This document shows, in pieces, positions 5,187 to 6,499 of a DNA stretch of 6,499 bases. The stretch spans positions 1-6,499 of IMG/VR virus record IMGVR_UViG_3300035363_000016, one strand, 5' to 3'. Made by a program: the position numbers and the translations under genes. This DNA comes from a virus. Below the pieces are notes generated by a model that searched no databases, was not told where the DNA came from, and saw only the letters and a program-made list of their open reading frames with translations. Every line of letters begins with the position of its first letter. The first letter of the stretch is position 1.

Positions 5187-5375
5187 TTACCCCCTCGCCT
5201 CTCTTACAGTTCCCTCTATTGCGTCATTAAGATGATGTTTTATAAGGTAATTTATCAAATCTGTTTGTTTTATAATCACACCTGCCCTAGTTGTCGCCTC
5301 AACTGCTGCTTTTCTGACCTCATCTGCTACAGATTTGTTAATGGTTACAGACGATCGCTTTGCACTTTCTGACAT
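5187..5375 (-). CDS. Small minus-strand ORF (62 aa) within the IG. Putative ribbon-helix-helix (CopG/Arc/MetJ-like) DNA-binding regulator.
   Basis: On the minus strand, SD GAGGGTG precedes the ATG by about 8-11 nt. The translation is MSESAKRSSVTINKSVADEVRKAAVEATTRAGVIIKQTDLINYLIKHHLNDAIEGTVREARG. It fits an RHH layout: a basic N-terminal beta-strand (KRSSVTIN), helix A (SVADEVRKAAVEATTRAG), and helix B (TDLINYLIKHHL). The composition is protein-like, whereas the codon-registered + strand ORF over the same bases is Cys-rich and implausible. It is divergent from gII, with repeats in the shared control region. There is no homology search behind this call. Confidence 0.5.
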   Translation of the reverse strand: MSESAKRSSVTINKSVADEVRKAAVEATTRAGVIIKQTDLINYLIKHHLNDAIEGTVREARG

Positions 5376-5402
5376 TTTTTTACACCCTCTAATATTTTCC
5401 GC

Positions 5403-5431
5403 TTGCCTGCCGATAACATGTTATGTATCTT
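5403..5431 (+). promoter_or_regulatory. Candidate sigma70-type gII promoter: -35 TTGCCT (5403-5408), 17-nt spacer, -10 TATCTT (5426-5431)
   Basis: The hexamers each match consensus at 4/6 with the optimal 17-nt spacing, about 37 nt upstream of the gII ATG. In Ff the gII promoter also lies at the end of the IG. This is pattern matching only. Confidence 0.3.
5413..5424. promoter_or_regulatory. Perfect 12-bp palindrome ATAACATGTTAT. Candidate operator within the spacer of the putative gII promoter.
   Basis: The palindrome itself is seen directly. It sits between the divergent RHH-like ORF and gII. The core ACATGTT recurs at 5474-5480, just inside gII. Confidence 0.35.
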
Positions 5432-5439
5432 GGTTCGCA

Positions 5440-5463
5440 TTGAATGTTTGAATGTTTGAGTGT
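5440..5463 (+). repeat. Three tandem 8-bp direct repeats, TTGAATGT TTGAATGT TTGAGTGT, ending 4 nt before the gII ATG
   Basis: The repeats are seen directly. They cover the gII leader and the weak SD (GAGTG, 5458-5462). Tandem 8-bp units resemble the operator organisation used by some RHH repressors, for example the MetJ met-boxes. Confidence 0.6.
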
Positions 5464-5467
5464 CCGT

Positions 5468-6499
5468 ATGATTGACATGTTGGCATTAAGAATACCATTT
5501 AAAGATGAGTTTGTTACGAAACGATTGGAGGGTAATGATTTGATTGCTCACATCGATCTCGCTGATATTGCTCGTCTTTCTGGCATTGCTTTGTCTGCAT
5601 ATACCGTCGAATACGCGATTGATGGTGATTTGACTGTATCCGGCCTTAAACATGCTTATGAGTCGCTACCTACCCACTATTCAGGCATAGCTCTAAAAGT
5701 GTTTGAAGGTGGTAAGAATTTCTACCCCTGCGTAGAGATTAAGGCTTCTCCAGCTAAGGTTTTGCAGGGTCATAACGTATTTGGCCCTGTAGACCTTGAA
5801 CTTTGCGGAACTGAGCTTTTAGGCTCTCTTGCCGTTTCCCTGCCTGCTCTTTTTGATTTAGTGGACGTACCTTCAACAACTATTACACGTCTTGACGTGA
5901 CTTATTCTGCCCGTGTGGAGAATGATCACATTGCAAAGCAGGTTATTTCTTTCCTCCGCAACATTTCAAATGGTCAGACTAAAAAGACTCGTGCTCAGGA
6001 TTGGGATACGACTGTAATGTGGAATGAAAACAGTCGTCACCGTACTCTTGTTGCATATTTGAAATTTGCTGAACTGATGAACGATCTTAAAAAGTTAAGA
6101 GATACGCCGTCTGCTAAACTTGGCTTAGCTCGTCAGAATCGTTTGAAGGTAATGTCTAATCCCGACCTTCATGATTTTGCCTCTGGTTTAGTTCGTTTTG
6201 AGGCCAGGCTTAAAACTCGTTTTTTAAAGTCTTTTGGTTTTCCAGAAAAATTTGTAGATGCTGTAAATTATCAAAAATCATACGTTTCTGATTCTGGCTG
6301 TGTAATTTCTGACCTTTGGAAAAAATCATTTTCTGAACTGTTTAAAACATTCGAGGGTAGTGATATGAACGTTTATGACGATTCTAAAGTTTATTCTGCA
6401 CTTATTAACGCATATTCCTCTGTCACTGCTTCCGGTAAAGTTTCACAAGCTAAAGCTAATCGTTGCTTTGGTTTTTATCGTCGCCTTCTTAATGAAGGT
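5468..6499 (+). CDS. gII: Replication initiation endonuclease pII, N-terminal 344 codons. The ORF runs off the window end and continues at base 74 of the window after circularisation.
   Basis: The translation MIDMLALRIPFKDEFVTKRLEGNDLIAHIDLADIARLSGIALSAYTVEYAIDGDLTVSGLKHAYESLPTHYSGIALKVFEGGKNFYPCVEIKASPAKVLQGHNVFGP... closely parallels f1 pII (MIDMLVLRLPFIDSLVCSRLSGNDLIAFVDLSKIATLSGMNLSARTVEYHIDGDLTVSGLSHPFESLPTHYSGIAFKIYEGSKNFYPCVEIKASPAKVLQGHNVFGT...). Confidence 0.95.
   Translation, partial: MIDMLALRIPFKDEFVTKRLEGNDLIAHIDLADIARLSGIALSAYTVEYAIDGDLTVSGLKHAYESLPTHYSGIALKVFEGGKNFYPCVEIKASPAKVLQGHNVFGPVDLELCGTELLGSLAVSLPALFDLVDVPSTTITRLDVTYSARVENDHIAKQVISFLRNISNGQTKKTRAQDWDTTVMWNENSRHRTLVAYLKFAELMNDLKKLRDTPSAKLGLARQNRLKVMSNPDLHDFASGLVRFEARLKTRFLKSFGFPEKFVDAVNYQKSYVSDSGCVISDLWKKSFSELFKTFEGSDMNVYDDSKVYSALINAYSSVTASGKVSQAKANRCFGFYRRLLNEG
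6365..6499 (+). CDS. gX: Nested pX, from the in-frame internal start of gII. It would be 112 aa after circularisation, ending at window base 277.
   Basis: The internal ATG has SD GAGGG about 8 nt upstream. The product starts MNVYDDSKVYSALI.., matching the f1 pX start MNIYDDSAVLDAI.. at the equivalent codon of gII. Confidence 0.6.
   Translation, partial: MNVYDDSKVYSALINAYSSVTASGKVSQAKANRCFGFYRRLLNEG
6427..6499. repeat. Terminal direct repeat, right copy, identical to 1-73
   Basis: Exact 73/73 identity with the window start. Confidence 0.95.

Noticed and set aside
5148-5372. + strand 74-aa ORF in the IG (MFNSGLLLHFATCLPPRLSYSSLYCV...)
   Set aside because: Its ATG lies inside the plus-strand origin nick hairpin and has no SD. 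The product is Cys-rich, low-complexity and not protein-like. It is codon-registered antisense to the more plausible minus-strand ORF, so it is best explained as a shadow frame.
5409-5440. Possible XerCD dif-like attP around GATAACATGTTATGTATCTTGGTTCGC, and a second candidate at the TGCGCAT-containing palindrome at 281-296
   Set aside because: Only partial matches to the E. coli dif arms as I remember them (GGTGCGCATAA-TGTATA-TTATGTTAAAT). One arm matches about 6/11 and the other poorly, so there is no convincing 11-6-11 architecture. A search with host-specific dif sequences would be needed to revisit this.
1-6499. Search for tRNA/rRNA genes, CRISPR repeats, IS elements, integrase, or toxin-antitoxin pairs
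   Set aside because: None was seen. All sizeable ORFs are accounted for by the inovirus gene set. The only repeats are the terminal overlap, the short IG hairpins and the 8-mer triplet upstream of gII.

Overview
The window is one complete, circularly permuted genome of a small filamentous ssDNA phage (Inoviridae, Ff/f1-like). Bases 1-73 are identical to 6427-6499, so the unit length is 6426 bp and the window opens and closes inside the replication gene gII. All structural and replication genes lie on the + strand in canonical Ff order: gII (with nested gX), gV, a small ORF in the gVII/gIX slot, gVIII, a terminator, gIII, gVI, gI (with a possible nested gXI), gIV, then a structured intergenic region (IG). 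From my memory of f1 (not a computed alignment), the IG carries recognisable counterparts of the f1 minus-strand origin hairpins and the plus-strand origin nick hairpin (GTTTAATAGTGGACTCTTGTT). gII and gV are also clearly Ff-like. gIII, gVI, gI (closer to the CTXphi Zot N-terminus) and gIV are much more divergent, which suggests a mosaic phage. The most unusual feature is a 62-aa minus-strand ORF (5187-5375) inside the IG, between the plus-strand origin and gII. It has a good Shine-Dalgarno and a ribbon-helix-helix-like sequence pattern, and it is divergent from gII. The region between it and gII holds a 12-bp perfect palindrome and three tandem 8-mers. Ff phages have no minus-strand genes, so this could be a repressor/operator switch of the kind seen in temperate inoviruses, though no integrase is present. 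Other oddities: one 64-aa ORF where Ff has separate gVII and gIX, a pIII without Gly-rich linkers and with an unrecognisable N-terminal region, and a perfect 16-bp palindrome plus T-run between gII and gV. No tRNA, rRNA, CRISPR array or transposase was seen.
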